The notes under the pieces are model-generated. The model did no database searches. It was not told the DNA's origin and saw only the letters and a list, made by a program, of their open reading frames with translations. A stretch of 64,000 nucleotides of DNA from positions 7,615 to 71,614 of the forward strand of contig CAZKEM010000054.1 in NCBI GenBank assembly GCA_964551835.1, read 5' to 3'. The first letter of the stretch is position 1. Every line of letters starts with the position of its first letter. Positions 1 to 12,437 of the stretch are shown piece after piece. The DNA is from an uncultured Acidimicrobiaceae bacterium. Its GTDB lineage: Bacteria > Actinomycetota > Acidimicrobiia > Acidimicrobiales > SZUA-35. Made by a program: the position numbers and the translations under genes.

Positions 1-282
1 CGGCACCGGACCTTCGGCGGTCAGCACAGAGATGTTTGCTGTGGCTGGCGAATCAGAAAGATTGACGATCACAATTTCGTGGTCGGCAGGCCCGTCAGCG
101 TTGCTAGAACCTGTGGCGCAGAACCACGAACCGTTCAGTCGTGGTTCGACGGACAACGACGGATTCACTTCGACGGACGCCGCAACCTGCGCTTCGGCCA
201 GATCGATCGGGTTTATTCGGTCGAAGGCAACGGCTCCAACCGCTAACAGTACAACCAGGCCAATAGACAACCATCGGGTCAT
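1..282 (-). CDS. DUF5719-like secreted/membrane-anchored protein, 5' part only (runs off the window start)
   Basis: ATG at 282 overlaps the TGA of the GT2 gene (ATGA). Translation MTRWLSIGLVVLLAVGAVAFDRINP...GSWFCATGSS...HEIVIVNLSD has an N-terminal TM and a WFC motif. This family usually follows the GT2 gene in actinobacteria. Not in the ORF track. Confidence 0.7.
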   Translation of the reverse strand, partial: MTRWLSIGLVVLLAVGAVAFDRINPIDLAEAQVAASVEVNPSLSVEPRLNGSWFCATGSSNADGPADHEIVIVNLSDSPATANISVLTAEGPVP

Positions 283-3200
283 AGGGTGACTTCTTCCTTA
301 CGTGTCTGGGCCAGAACTATACCTACAGCGACAATCAGAACCTGACCAAATATGCCGAGCCTACGCTTCCATTTAGATCCATATTGGAGCTCGACCAACC
401 CCGCTTCACCAGCCGGGATAATCGCCATATCGTCAAATCCAGAAAACACTTCGTCACGCGCTCCTGAAACCACCAGGTCGGAGCTGGGTATAGCCACCAA
501 CACCGGAGTATCTTCCGGGACATCGACAATCCAGCGTCCCGGCTGCGGGTTAACGGCAACCACTGGAGTACCGCCCAAGTCGACCCCGAGTTGCTGGCTC
601 GGGGTTCGAGAACTCACAGCTTCAGAAGAATTCATCGCGACTGCGATCCCACTCGACGCCGTGTTTTCGAACACACCTAGCTCAGCAAATCCACCAATCC
701 GCTTGAGGTCCAGTTGACGGCTAAAAACGACACTGGCATTGCCCCCAGGCGAAAGACGAAGACCTTCGTACGGGGCTGGTGCTAGCTGCTCGATGACAAC
801 AATTAGATCGACCCCGTACGGCGCAAGCAGGTGGCCGACGTTTGACACCTGGCCTGCGACCGCCAGATCGAGCTGCGCAGCGACTCCAGCTTCAGAACCG
901 ACCGCCTTTGGAGACCAGCGACCGCGCACATCAGGCATTCCGCCGTCGGTCATCGCAAAGTTGACTCCAGAATCAGATCGAGTACCGTCGAGCGGCAACA
1001 CAGCCGGGTCCCCGATCCAGAGTATTCGGCTGGTCGCTTCGCTACGTTGATTTAGTAGTTCAGTAAACGATCGATAGCCCTGTTCAGGCATGTCCCAGTC
1101 TCCATCAAGCGATGAGCGAAGCCCGGTAATCGTTACTGCCATGGCCAAGGCGATCGTTCCCAAGACCGTAGCTAATCGTGTCCCCCTGCTCAAATCGAGT
1201 TCCGTCTCTTCAAACCATCGAATTCCGACCGCTGCCGACAAGGCCAAGCCAACCGCTCCCAAAGCCAAGATCGTTTCAGGCGCTGGCAAAGAAAACGGGA
1301 CCCACCCACGCCTTGCAGCCCAGACCAATAAGAATGCCAGGATGGCCAGCCACATACATCGAACGACCAACGGCCGGTACTGTCTCATGGCGACCACCAT
1401 GCCCCAAAGCCCAGCAACAAAAAAACTGACCGCGAGGATGCTCGGCGAGATCGAACCCGGAGCGAATCGAACCAGGTCAGCGAACGAGTCGAAGAAGCTC
1501 TCAGCCGAGCCGGGCCCAGTTAACCAATCCCAGGAAAATTCCTGAATAACGTCGAACGTCCATGGGGCATGTAGCACTGCTGGAACGACGAAACTTGCGC
1601 CACCCGCCGCTACTAGGTAGGGCACCTGCCGAAATTGTTGTAGTAGTAAGGCCGACGCAACTAAGAAGATACAAAGCGTCAACGCAACCGGTATGACCGT
1701 TGGGGCGAACGAGGTGACAAAGGCAACCAAAAGGCCGAACCTGATAATCCGCAGCTGGACAGACCGGTCGACTACCCACTCTTTAGCCAGCGAACTGTCA
1801 TCTCGTTCGGCCGGAACAAACGGGTAAACGTCGAGCAACCGCAATGCTGAGCCGAGTAAAAACGGTGCCGAGGCCCAGACGACCAGCGAGTCCCATCCAC
1901 CAGAAGCAAAGACCGACGGGACCAATGGGTTTAGGCCGTAGACCGCCGCCGCCACGGCGGCAGCACGAGGACTACCTAACGGGCGGGCGAGCCTATATGC
2001 ACCTATGGTGCCAACAAATAGCGGGCCGACGGCCAAGAGGGAATCAAAAAGGCCGGTCGACCAAAAGAAGGGCAAACGAGCAAGACCGAGCAGGAGAAGC
2101 CCAGTTGGCGGGTTGCCAGGGCCACCCGTTCCAGTCGTTCGCCAACCGCCGACCCATTCCCGCAGCATAGTGGACGTACCGGGTAACGCCGGAAAGGTTC
2201 CGACCGCGTCTACGCCCTGAGCCAGCAGCTGTCGAGACCCGAGGATAAGAATCGCCAACAAACTAGTCAAGACAATTGCAGCATCTCGAAGACTACCGGC
2301 ATCTTCACCGGCGAAAGACGACCGGACCGAACCGACTAACCCACTAAAGCGGTCCTGTCCTGCGTTGAATTGACCCCGAGAGAAATCGTTAATTCTGGCT
2401 GAACCGCCGACTTGAAGCGACCGAATATCTGCGTCAGAGGCATTACGGACACCCATCAGATCGCGTCGACGCTGCCGGATATCTCCCAAGCGAGCAAAGT
2501 TCCAGGCAATGGTGCCAAACGCTGCCTTCGCTTGACGTCGACGACCGAGCAACAGGTTGTAAATCGCCTCTAAGACAATAAGGAAAATTGTTGCCGGTAC
2601 GATGGTGAATTGCGCTTTTCGAGAAGCGGTAATCATCACTGTTCTCAGACGATGTTGAGTGGCGAAACGACGGCGCTCGGCTAGAGGAAACCGCGTTGAC
2701 ATCGATTCGAGATGACGGGCCGACGCGCTCGGAACGATAAGGACCCGAGCCCCGGCCAAATGAGCACGCCAGCATAGATCAAGATCTTCACCGATGACGG
2801 AGATACCACGATCGAACCCATTGAGCTCTTCAAAGAGGTCGGCTCGAACGAGTTGGACACCACCGGGAATGACAAAAATATCTCTGACCGCGTCGTACTG
2901 ATCTTGGTCATATTCGCCACGTTCGACCGGTTCGACTGCAACACCGAACCGATCGGAACTCATCCCGACCTGAAGAAGACGGTCTGGATTGTCCCATTGA
3001 ACCAACTTCGGCCCAGCTATGCCAGCGTTGCGGCGGTACAGCTCCCCCATCAAGGTAGTTACACACTCGGGATCCAAAGCTACGTCGTCATGACAAAAAA
3101 GTAGGAAGGGCGAGCCAGAGACGAGTTCCATCGCCTGGTTCGCAGCGATGCTCCAGCCAGGGGTTCCAGCGAGGCGGTGAATATAGGCTTCCGGAAGTAC

Positions 3201-3401
3201 TTCAGCTACCTGGTCGGCGATCGGGGCATCGCTGCCAGCATCAATCACCAGGACTGACAAATTGTCGTAGTCTTGAGCGCCCAACGAGTCCAGCATTTCG
3301 GCAAAATGTTCGCCAGGGTTGGAGGCTACGACAACGGCCACCACCGGTGGGGGGTCGAAGACTTCGTCTTCCTCTTCTGCTTGGGGTTCATACTCTTCCA
3401 T
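279..3401 (-). CDS. GT2 glycosyltransferase fused to a large polytopic membrane domain
   Basis: N-terminal GT-A fold (VIDAGSD, FCHDDV, GEDLDLCWRA), then many TM helices and an extracytoplasmic C-terminal domain; 1040 aa. Confidence 0.85.
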   Translation of the reverse strand: MEEYEPQAEEEDEVFDPPPVVAVVVASNPGEHFAEMLDSLGAQDYDNLSVLVIDAGSDAPIADQVAEVLPEAYIHRLAGTPGWSIAANQAMELVSGSPFLLFCHDDVALDPECVTTLMGELYRRNAGIAGPKLVQWDNPDRLLQVGMSSDRFGVAVEPVERGEYDQDQYDAVRDIFVIPGGVQLVRADLFEELNGFDRGISVIGEDLDLCWRAHLAGARVLIVPSASARHLESMSTRFPLAERRRFATQHRLRTVMITASRKAQFTIVPATIFLIVLEAIYNLLLGRRRQAKAAFGTIAWNFARLGDIRQRRRDLMGVRNASDADIRSLQVGGSARINDFSRGQFNAGQDRFSGLVGSVRSSFAGEDAGSLRDAAIVLTSLLAILILGSRQLLAQGVDAVGTFPALPGTSTMLREWVGGWRTTGTGGPGNPPTGLLLLGLARLPFFWSTGLFDSLLAVGPLFVGTIGAYRLARPLGSPRAAAVAAAVYGLNPLVPSVFASGGWDSLVVWASAPFLLGSALRLLDVYPFVPAERDDSSLAKEWVVDRSVQLRIIRFGLLVAFVTSFAPTVIPVALTLCIFLVASALLLQQFRQVPYLVAAGGASFVVPAVLHAPWTFDVIQEFSWDWLTGPGSAESFFDSFADLVRFAPGSISPSILAVSFFVAGLWGMVVAMRQYRPLVVRCMWLAILAFLLVWAARRGWVPFSLPAPETILALGAVGLALSAAVGIRWFEETELDLSRGTRLATVLGTIALAMAVTITGLRSSLDGDWDMPEQGYRSFTELLNQRSEATSRILWIGDPAVLPLDGTRSDSGVNFAMTDGGMPDVRGRWSPKAVGSEAGVAAQLDLAVAGQVSNVGHLLAPYGVDLIVVIEQLAPAPYEGLRLSPGGNASVVFSRQLDLKRIGGFAELGVFENTASSGIAVAMNSSEAVSSRTPSQQLGVDLGGTPVVAVNPQPGRWIVDVPEDTPVLVAIPSSDLVVSGARDEVFSGFDDMAIIPAGEAGLVELQYGSKWKRRLGIFGQVLIVAVGIVLAQTRKEEVTL

Positions 3402-3592
3402 GCGGTGAGACGCCAGGTTCTTTCGTCGACTGCAAAACTATCCTGTTGATGGACGGACTAATCCTACAAGCGTAACTCATCTGTGCCGCCCCAGTCCTTC
3501 GATACCAGCCACATCGACGTACGTTGGCGCTCTTGTAGGGTCGTTCTTGCTAGTATCTAGCCATGCCGATTCCGTCAAACACCTAAGGTTCT

Positions 3593-5490
<1,898 letters not shown>

Positions 5491-5498
5491 TTCCGACC

Positions 5499-6467
5499 TT
5501 GGGCATCGAGACAGGCCCGGTATCCAACGCCAATATCGTTGTGTTGAGCGGCGGCGTCGGAGCCGCCCGCCTTCTGCAGGGGCTTGTTCAGCTCGTGCCC
5601 GCGTCACGGTTAACGGCCATTGTCAATGTTGGCGACGACCTGACACTACACGGGCTACATATAAGTCCCGATATCGACACCATCGTTTATACCTTGGCCG
5701 GCCAGGTTAGCACGAGCCGAGGTTGGGGCTTGACGGGTGAGTCGTGGCTGGCGATGGAAATGCTCGAACGGTACAACGGCCAGACGTGGTTTAGCATTGG
5801 AGATCAGGACCTCGGAACTCACCTATACCGTACGCAACGGCTCCACGAAGGAGCCTCGTTGTCAGAGGTTACTGCCGAGGTCGCTGCGGCGTGGCGCCTC
5901 CCGTTGACGCTCCTACCGGCAACCGACGATGAGGTCCGTACCATCATCGAGACCGACGAACATGGCGACCTTTCGTTTCAAGAGTACTTCGTTAAACATC
6001 GTCATGCTGTCGCAGCACACGGTGTTCGCTTTGAAGGAGCGCCTCGAGCTACGGCGCTTCCAGCTGCGATCGAGGCCCTCGATGCCGCCGACCTGATCAT
6101 TATCGCCCCATCTAACCCAGTCGTATCGATAGACCCAATCTTGGCTATTTCAGAACTGTCAGATGTCGTAAAGCAACGTCGCGCCTCGACATGCGCCGTC
6201 TCCCCAATCGTTGGAGGAAAAGCGATCAAGGGCCCAGCTGCTCGGTTGATGGTCGAGAGAGGCGGCGAGGCTTCAGCCGTTGGGGTCGCCAAGTGGTACG
6301 GACAATATTGTTCGGCTCTGGTCTTCGACAACGTAGATGCTGAACACCGGGCTGGCGTTGCTGAGCTTGGACTACAACCGGTGGTGACCAATACGATAAT
6401 GTCGGACAGAGCAAAGGCGGCTGGGTTGGCAGCCGCTTTACTTTCGCTTCTCGATACTTCTAATTAG
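5499..6467 (+). CDS. cofD: 2-phospho-L-lactate transferase (F420 biosynthesis)
   Basis: [49 protein letters not shown]. Confidence 0.95.
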   Translation: MGIETGPVSNANIVVLSGGVGAARLLQGLVQLVPASRLTAIVNVGDDLTLHGLHISPDIDTIVYTLAGQVSTSRGWGLTGESWLAMEMLERYNGQTWFSIGDQDLGTHLYRTQRLHEGASLSEVTAEVAAAWRLPLTLLPATDDEVRTIIETDEHGDLSFQEYFVKHRHAVAAHGVRFEGAPRATALPAAIEALDAADLIIIAPSNPVVSIDPILAISELSDVVKQRRASTCAVSPIVGGKAIKGPAARLMVERGGEASAVGVAKWYGQYCSALVFDNVDAEHRAGVAELGLQPVVTNTIMSDRAKAAGLAAALLSLLDTSN

Positions 6468-7348
6468 CCAGGAGACGTTTCTGAGGGGCCCGTGTCATCT
6501 GGATCTTCTTCGTCTTGTGTCGTGGTATCGGATCCATCAGCCGTAGTATCGGCACCATCGACTGTAGTATCGGCACCATCAACTGTAGTATCGGCGCCAT
6601 CGACTGTAGTATCGGCACCATCGACTGTGGTGTCCTCGGTTCCGGGATCATCGCCTGGGGTGACCGGCAGCTCTCCGGTCGGAAGATTTGATGCCCCGGC
6701 CAGTCGCTGGACCCGGTCAGCTGGTGGAGGCGGGATCTCTTCGCCTGCCGCGACAAGGGCCAGGGTGATCATTCCACCGTCGCTATCAAAAACAAAATCG
6801 GCCAGACCCTCGTCAATGATTGTCGGCTCGGCGTCCAGATCCGTCGCATCTTCCCAGATCGCCAATTTGAGGGTAGCTGGCTTACCATCACAGCCCTCTT
6901 CTTCGGAAAGCGTTACCTTTTCCTCTGTCGGGCCCGGCGTATAGGATTCGTCGGTCAATTCTGCACCGGATGCTTCGAAAAAGACGCCAAGTTTAGCGTT
7001 CGCTCCAGAGACGTCTGGCCTGAACGGGTGGATATGAACCAACCCGTCCCCGTGAGTATGGATACCGGCGGATTCAGGCGGCTCCGCAGCCGGGCTCAAG
7101 ATGGTGCCGCAGTGATTTATGCTATAAGCCCAGTGCCAATGGTCGCCTACTCCTTCGCCCCCGGCTAACGGTGCCACGTCAATGTTTGATTCTCGAGCCT
7201 GCGCAAGGTACAGCACTGCGCCAGCGGCACCGACGACAAGCAGACCGATCAGAGCGACGAAGAAGAAGCTACCTTTTTCTGCGTCGACGTCAACTTTCTT
7301 TATTTTCTTACCAATATTTGCGTCTTTAGAACCGGCTTTTTTACTCAC
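6464..7348 (-). CDS. Membrane-anchored protein with His motifs (DHWH, GIHTHGDGLVHIH) and an acidic repeat tail
   Basis: One N-terminal TM, His-rich motifs, C-terminal (DTTVDGA)n; TAAACT -10 box 6 nt before the GTG. Confidence 0.75.
   Translation of the reverse strand: MSKKAGSKDANIGKKIKKVDVDAEKGSFFFVALIGLLVVGAAGAVLYLAQARESNIDVAPLAGGEGVGDHWHWAYSINHCGTILSPAAEPPESAGIHTHGDGLVHIHPFRPDVSGANAKLGVFFEASGAELTDESYTPGPTEEKVTLSEEEGCDGKPATLKLAIWEDATDLDAEPTIIDEGLADFVFDSDGGMITLALVAAGEEIPPPPADRVQRLAGASNLPTGELPVTPGDDPGTEDTTVDGADTTVDGADTTVDGADTTVDGADTTADGSDTTTQDEEDPDDTGPSETSPG
6522..6632. repeat. 21-bp tandem repeat, about 5 copies (GTAGTATCGGCACCATCGACT), encoding DTTVDGA
   Basis: Near-identical units start at 6543, 6564, 6585 and 6606, with a degenerate unit at 6522. 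Confidence 0.95.
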
Positions 7349-7402
7349 GCTCGTAGTTTAGAGAGCTAACAGCCCAATGTGGGTTCATGGGATGAGAAAC
7401 GT

Positions 7403-8098
7403 ATGACTAGCGAAATATCGATCCGGGCCATTTCGGGCTTGCCAGAGATTTCTGCTGGTACGAATCTGGCTGACTGCATCCTCGAGTATTTCGAACCGGA
7501 ACACCATGATGTTTTGGTCATCAGTCAGAAATTGGTTTCCAAGGCCGAGTCCCGGGTTGTTCCGCTGAATGACCAAAAGACCTACGATGACCTGATTCGT
7601 GCTGAAGCTGTACGTATCGTTCGCCAACGGGGCGATTTGATCATTACAGAAACAAAGCATGGCTTTGTCTGCGCTAACAGCGGAGTCGATCGTTCAAATA
7701 TTGAGCCAGGCCACGTTGTCCTGCTGCCTGAGGACCCCGACTATTCGGCGCAACGAATTTGTGATCGGATAAAGGGCGTGAGCAACGTGTCGGTTGGAAT
7801 CATCGTAACCGACACCTTCGGTCGCCCCTGGCGCCGCGGGGTTACCGATATCGCACTCGGATGTGCTGGCATTGCCCCAATCTTGAACCTGTCGGGTACC
7901 GTCGATAGACACGGCAACACGATGACGACAACAGAGATTTGCCTCGCAGATGAACTCGCGTCGGCGGCCGAGCTCGTACGAGGCAAATCCACCGGTAATG
8001 GGGTCGTCCTAATTCGTGGCGGCGACGACGGTTGGTTCGGGAAGGGAACGATACGAGATGCCGTAGTCCGCCCGCCTGAGGAAGACCTGTTCCGCTAG
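7403..8098 (+). CDS. cofE: Coenzyme F420-0:L-glutamate ligase
   Basis: GLPEI, SQKLVSKAE, ANSGVDRSN, LLPEDPD, TDTFGRPWRRG, ADELASAAELV, EEDLFR; ATG at 7403 preferred over the track start at 7379. Confidence 0.95.
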   Translation: MTSEISIRAISGLPEISAGTNLADCILEYFEPEHHDVLVISQKLVSKAESRVVPLNDQKTYDDLIRAEAVRIVRQRGDLIITETKHGFVCANSGVDRSNIEPGHVVLLPEDPDYSAQRICDRIKGVSNVSVGIIVTDTFGRPWRRGVTDIALGCAGIAPILNLSGTVDRHGNTMTTTEICLADELASAAELVRGKSTGNGVVLIRGGDDGWFGKGTIRDAVVRPPEEDLFR

Positions 8099-8152
8099 GA
8101 GCCCGCCAAGCGGTAGTGGGACAGGCCTCATACTGCGTAGCCTGGGGTTCCC

Positions 8153-10663
8153 ATGACTAGTTCCGGACCGACAAATCAGCTGATCGACTATCTCCCAGAA
8201 GCCGCTGATGGGGATTCACTAATCGAGGCCTTCGTCGACTACGTCAACGATCGAGAGATCAGCCTGTATGACGCCCAGGAAGAAGCGATTCTCGAGTTGC
8301 TGGACGGCAACAACGTCATTCTCAACACGCCGACCGGTTCGGGGAAGTCGTTGGTTGCGACCGCAGCTCACTTTGCGGCATTGGCCACCGGTCAGGTTTC
8401 GGTGTACACGGCCCCGATAAAGGCGTTGGTCTCAGAAAAATTCTTCGACCTACGTTCCCAGTTCGGTGCCGACAACGTCGGAATGATAACTGGCGACACG
8501 CGGGTCAATGCCGAAGCTCCGATCATTTGTTGCACCGCCGAAATTCTGGCCAACTGGGCCCTACGTGACGGTGTTGATGCCGATGTCGATGTCGTCATTG
8601 CCGACGAGTTTCACTACTATGCAGACCCGCAACGGGGCTGGGCATGGCAATTACCACTGCTCGAACTGACCAATTGTCAATTTCTGTTGATGTCGGCAAC
8701 CCTGGGCGAAACGAAGTTCTTCGAGGCAGACCTCACAAGGCGTACCGGTCTTACCACGGCGTTAGTTACGTCGGATGTTCGACCGGTTCCGTTGGAGTTC
8801 GAATACCGGCGGACAACGCTACATCAGTCCATTTCAGACTTGTTGGATTCCGGCCGCGCCCCTATCTACCTCGTCCACTTCACCCAACGAGAAGCTACCG
8901 AAGCCGCTCAAAGTTACCTTTCGCTCGACCCTCTCACCAAAGAAGAGAAGACCCAAGTCAAACGAGCCATCCATGATTTCCGGTTCGACTCCCCCATTGG
9001 CAAAGACATTCGACGTTATCTCTCCGGCGGGGTCGGCATTCACCATGCCGGCCTGCTACCCAAGTATCGTCTCCTGGTCGAGAAACTTGCGCAACAGGGA
9101 CTGCTGAAAATTATCTGCGGGACCGACACATTGGGCATCGGGGTCAACATTCCTATTCGCACCGTCTTGTTCACCCAGCTCTGCAAATATGATGGGCAAC
9201 AAAACCGACAGCTCCGTCGGAGGGAGTTCAAACAAATCGCCGGGCGAGCTGGGCGTAAAGGCTTTGACGACCAAGGCTACGTTTGGGCCCAGGCTCCGGC
9301 TCATGTCGTTGACAACGAAGTGGCGGCTGCCAAGGCGGCGACCGACGCCAAGAAGAAAAAGAAGCTGGTGAAGAAAAAGCCACCAGAGCGTGGCTATACC
9401 CACTGGGACGACAAGACCTTCACAAAGTTAACTGAGGGCGAACCCGAACCGTTGGTCAGTTCGTTCCGGGTCAACCACCAGATGATTCTGAGTCTGCTCG
9501 ATCGGCCCGGAGATGGCTGTGCGGCGGTTAAGCATCTGCTCATGAATAGTCATGAACCGGATCGACGACGACGCAAACATATCAAGAGGTCGATAGCCAT
9601 TTACCGCTCACTTCTCGACGCGGAGCTTCTCGAACGCCTCGATGAACCCGACGATCAAGGTCGGATGATTCGGGTGATGCTTGATTTGCAAGACGAGTTC
9701 GCTTTACATCAACCACTTTCGTTGTGGGCGGTCGAAGCGGTCAACCAAGTCGCCGAAGACGACCCCGAGAGAGGTCTGTCAGTCCTGTCGATCATCGAAT
9801 CGGTCCTCGAATCACCGGGCGCTATCATCTACGCCCAACTCAATAAGGCCAAGGACGAACTGATGGCCGAGATGAAGGCCGACGGCGTCGAATACGAAGA
9901 ACGAATGGAACGGCTTGAAAAAGTCGAGCCGCCTAAGCCTAACAAGGAGTGGATATACAACAGCTTCGACAACTTCCGAGAAAACCACCCGTGGCTGGCC
10001 GGCGAGAATGTCAAACCGAAAGGTATCGCCCGGGACGCTTACGAACGGGGATTGTCGTTCACCGAATACATCGAGTTTTACAAACTAAAGCAAACCGAAG
10101 GTGTCCTGCTTCGCTATATGTCCGACGTTTACAAGGGGATGGTTCAGAACATCCCTGAAGACGAAAAAGACGATGAGCTACTCGACGTTATGGCTTGGTT
10201 GGGTGAACTGGTCCGCCAAGTAGATTCGAGCCTAATCGACGAGTGGGATAACTTGGCTGGGGTCGGCGACAGCTCCGCCGAGGTTACAAGGCAACACGAG
10301 CGTAAGCGTCTGATCAGCGAGAACAAACGAGCGTTTGTTGTGATGGTTCGCAACGAGTCATTCTCTGCGGTCAAACAGCTTGCCCGCCGCAAGGCCCTTG
10401 GTTTTGCGATACCAAAAGAGACTCAAGAGTCATTCGAAGAACGGTTCGAGCACTATTGGGATGAGTTTGACGCTATCGACGACGGCCCCGCTGCTCGTTC
10501 GAGCGAATTGTTTAGCTACGACGAAAAGACCGGCGTAGCGACTCAAACACTACTCGACCCGGATGACTCCGGATCATGGCAGATCAGGTTGTCGGTTGAT
10601 ATCGAGGCGTCTAACGACCAAGGATCGATAGTCGTGGTTGAACGCCAGCTCGTTCAGCTCTAG
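8153..10663 (+). CDS. Ski2-like DEAD/DEAH helicase with DUF3516 C-terminus
   Basis: TPTGSGKS, APIKAL, DEFH, MSAT, HHAGLLP, QIAGRAGR, VDSSLIDEW. Confidence 0.92.
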   Translation: MTSSGPTNQLIDYLPEAADGDSLIEAFVDYVNDREISLYDAQEEAILELLDGNNVILNTPTGSGKSLVATAAHFAALATGQVSVYTAPIKALVSEKFFDLRSQFGADNVGMITGDTRVNAEAPIICCTAEILANWALRDGVDADVDVVIADEFHYYADPQRGWAWQLPLLELTNCQFLLMSATLGETKFFEADLTRRTGLTTALVTSDVRPVPLEFEYRRTTLHQSISDLLDSGRAPIYLVHFTQREATEAAQSYLSLDPLTKEEKTQVKRAIHDFRFDSPIGKDIRRYLSGGVGIHHAGLLPKYRLLVEKLAQQGLLKIICGTDTLGIGVNIPIRTVLFTQLCKYDGQQNRQLRRREFKQIAGRAGRKGFDDQGYVWAQAPAHVVDNEVAAAKAATDAKKKKKLVKKKPPERGYTHWDDKTFTKLTEGEPEPLVSSFRVNHQMILSLLDRPGDGCAAVKHLLMNSHEPDRRRRKHIKRSIAIYRSLLDAELLERLDEPDDQGRMIRVMLDLQDEFALHQPLSLWAVEAVNQVAEDDPERGLSVLSIIESVLESPGAIIYAQLNKAKDELMAEMKADGVEYEERMERLEKVEPPKPNKEWIYNSFDNFRENHPWLAGENVKPKGIARDAYERGLSFTEYIEFYKLKQTEGVLLRYMSDVYKGMVQNIPEDEKDDELLDVMAWLGELVRQVDSSLIDEWDNLAGVGDSSAEVTRQHERKRLISENKRAFVVMVRNESFSAVKQLARRKALGFAIPKETQESFEERFEHYWDEFDAIDDGPAARSSELFSYDEKTGVATQTLLDPDDSGSWQIRLSVDIEASNDQGSIVVVERQLVQL

Positions 10664-10716
10664 CAACCAAGGCCGCATTTAGACCTTTATCGAACGGCCG
10701 TTTTGGGTAGACGGCT

Positions 10717-10755
10717 TTGACATAATTACATAATTACGCGACAATATAGTAATTG
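10717..10755 (+). promoter_or_regulatory. Sigma70-type promoter overlapped by TAATTAC repeats (candidate operator)
   Basis: TTGACA (10717-22), 17 nt, GACAAT (10740-45); TAATTAC at 10723 and 10731, near-inverted GTAATTG at 10749. Confidence 0.55.
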
Positions 10756-10781
10756 CCAAGCTCCGAACAGAGGAAGTTCTA

Positions 10782-11303
10782 ATGGCGGCCCGTCCCGACT
10801 GTGATGAAGCAGAAGTTATATCGTGGTTCGCCGGGCAGCTACCTGACGACTGGTTCACCGAACCCGTTTCAGTCATTATCGACCGAGACGAGCTGTTGAT
10901 AACGGGCAAACTCCCGGAACCAACATCGGTGCCGGACGGAGAAGAAAACGCCAGAGTTGCGGCCGAATCACGTATAGCGTCGTTTCGCGACAGCAGCCGA
11001 AACCAACGTATTCAAATCGCTCGAGCGGCTCAAACCCGCTGGCTACGGGTCGTGTCTTGGGCGGTCTCGTGCGGCGATGAAGTAAAGGCGTTCAAAACCG
11101 CATCGGTGCCCGTCATGACCCGTCTTTATATGCCGGAACGACAAATTCTTGACACGCTAATCGAAGCTGGTGTAGCGCGAAGCCGTTCCGATGGTCTCGG
11201 CTGGTGTGTACGCCAGGTACAGCAGCATCAATCTGAATGGATCGAAGAGTTACAAGATGCCGTTAAGACCGTCGAGGCAATCCGGTCAAAAGGCCCGGCC
11301 TAA
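10782..11303 (+). CDS. Conserved actinobacterial protein with a possible ribbon-helix-helix C-terminus
   Basis: WFAGQLPDDWF...PVMTRLYMPERQILDTLIEAGVARSRSDGLGWCV; SD GAGGAAG upstream. Confidence 0.75.
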   Translation: MAARPDCDEAEVISWFAGQLPDDWFTEPVSVIIDRDELLITGKLPEPTSVPDGEENARVAAESRIASFRDSSRNQRIQIARAAQTRWLRVVSWAVSCGDEVKAFKTASVPVMTRLYMPERQILDTLIEAGVARSRSDGLGWCVRQVQQHQSEWIEELQDAVKTVEAIRSKGPA

Positions 11304-12310
11304 CTTACCGTCGACGGATCAGGTTGTTTGACGCCGGAAAATTCTACACCCGCCTCGACCTTTTCGCCGTCTCCGATCACACATAGATCGCTGAGCGAAG
11401 CCTTTGAACCGATCACGGCGTTCGGAGCGATAATCGAGCCCGAAACGGTGGCTCCGGGTTCAACGACAACACCTGAATGCAGCATCGAATTGACGATGAC
11501 GGCACCTTCGCCGATAACACAATCTGCACCGACCACTGAGTTTGTAACCGAGGCTGAGACGTCGACTTCGGCAGAAGCATTTACGGCGGTTTCCGACGCC
11601 CTGACGCCGTTCACAAGATCAAGCCCAATTTGTAGATACGTCTGAGGCGTACCAGCGTCCACCCAATATCCTTCGGCTTCCATTGCATAGAGCGCTGAGG
11701 ACGCCACCATCTCAGGAAACACTTGTCGCTCGATCGAACAGCGCTCACCCTCAGGGATGCGGTCGAGAACCGACGGCTCCAGTACGTAGGTGCCACCGTT
11801 GATCCAGTTACTCGGCGCTGTTCCAGGGTCCGGTTTCTCAATAAACGCTTCAACCCGGTTGTCGCCGTCGATAGGCACCACACCGTATCGAGAAGGATCG
11901 TCGACTGGGGTGAGATGAATGGTTCCCTCTCCCCCTCTCGCCTTGTGTAGTTCAACTAACTTCCCGACATCGAGATCATTGATAACGTCGCCGTTCAGAG
12001 CCACAAAAGTGTCCTTGACGTCTAGTTCGCGGGCGGCGAAACCAATAGCACCAGCAGTGTCGAGCGGCTCAGGTTCGACGGCGTAGCGCACGGGCACCCC
12101 GGCAATTTTGTTGTCCGGGTAGGCATCGGTGAACTTATCCGGCTGATAGCCGAGCGACAAAATCACTTCGGTAATCCCCTGCTTAGCGAGGTGGGCCACG
12201 ACGAGTTCAATCATGGGCCGGTTGCCGACAGGCAGCATCTGCTTCGGTGTCCCATAGGTAAGGGGACGAAGACGAGTTCCGAACCCACCAACAAGAATGA
12301 CTGCCTGCAT
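11300..12310 (-). CDS. NDP-sugar synthase, mannose-1-phosphate guanylyltransferase-like
   Basis: GGFGTRLRPLT..PKQMLP, EPLDTAG, NGDV, FIEKP, WVDAGTP, C-terminal hexapeptide beta-helix. Confidence 0.9.
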   Translation of the reverse strand: MQAVILVGGFGTRLRPLTYGTPKQMLPVGNRPMIELVVAHLAKQGITEVILSLGYQPDKFTDAYPDNKIAGVPVRYAVEPEPLDTAGAIGFAARELDVKDTFVALNGDVINDLDVGKLVELHKARGGEGTIHLTPVDDPSRYGVVPIDGDNRVEAFIEKPDPGTAPSNWINGGTYVLEPSVLDRIPEGERCSIERQVFPEMVASSALYAMEAEGYWVDAGTPQTYLQIGLDLVNGVRASETAVNASAEVDVSASVTNSVVGADCVIGEGAVIVNSMLHSGVVVEPGATVSGSIIAPNAVIGSKASLSDLCVIGDGEKVEAGVEFSGVKQPDPSTVS

Positions 12311-12437
12311 GAAGAACCTCCGAAGGAAACAAATTAGAGCGGTAGGACGATACGAACAGAGACTAGCCGATCAAGCTGCCATTGTAAGCCCTGCGGATCG
12401 CACGGCAATCAGACCGATACGTAAGTTGTCAACCCGC

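Noticed and set aside
352-3104. Many plus-strand ORFs antisense to the GT2 gene, and similar shadow ORFs over gltB, murF and the ABC genes
   Set aside because: They lie wholly opposite well-supported genes and have no recognisable motifs; such open antisense frames are expected at this GC content
3463-3539. Distant inverted repeat CCTACAAG...CTTGTAGG in the divergent promoter region
   Set aside because: Only 8 bp with about 60 nt between the arms and no recognisable RNA family
6522-6632. Short repeats as a possible CRISPR array
   Set aside because: Head-to-tail with no spacers, in frame inside a CDS, and no cas genes
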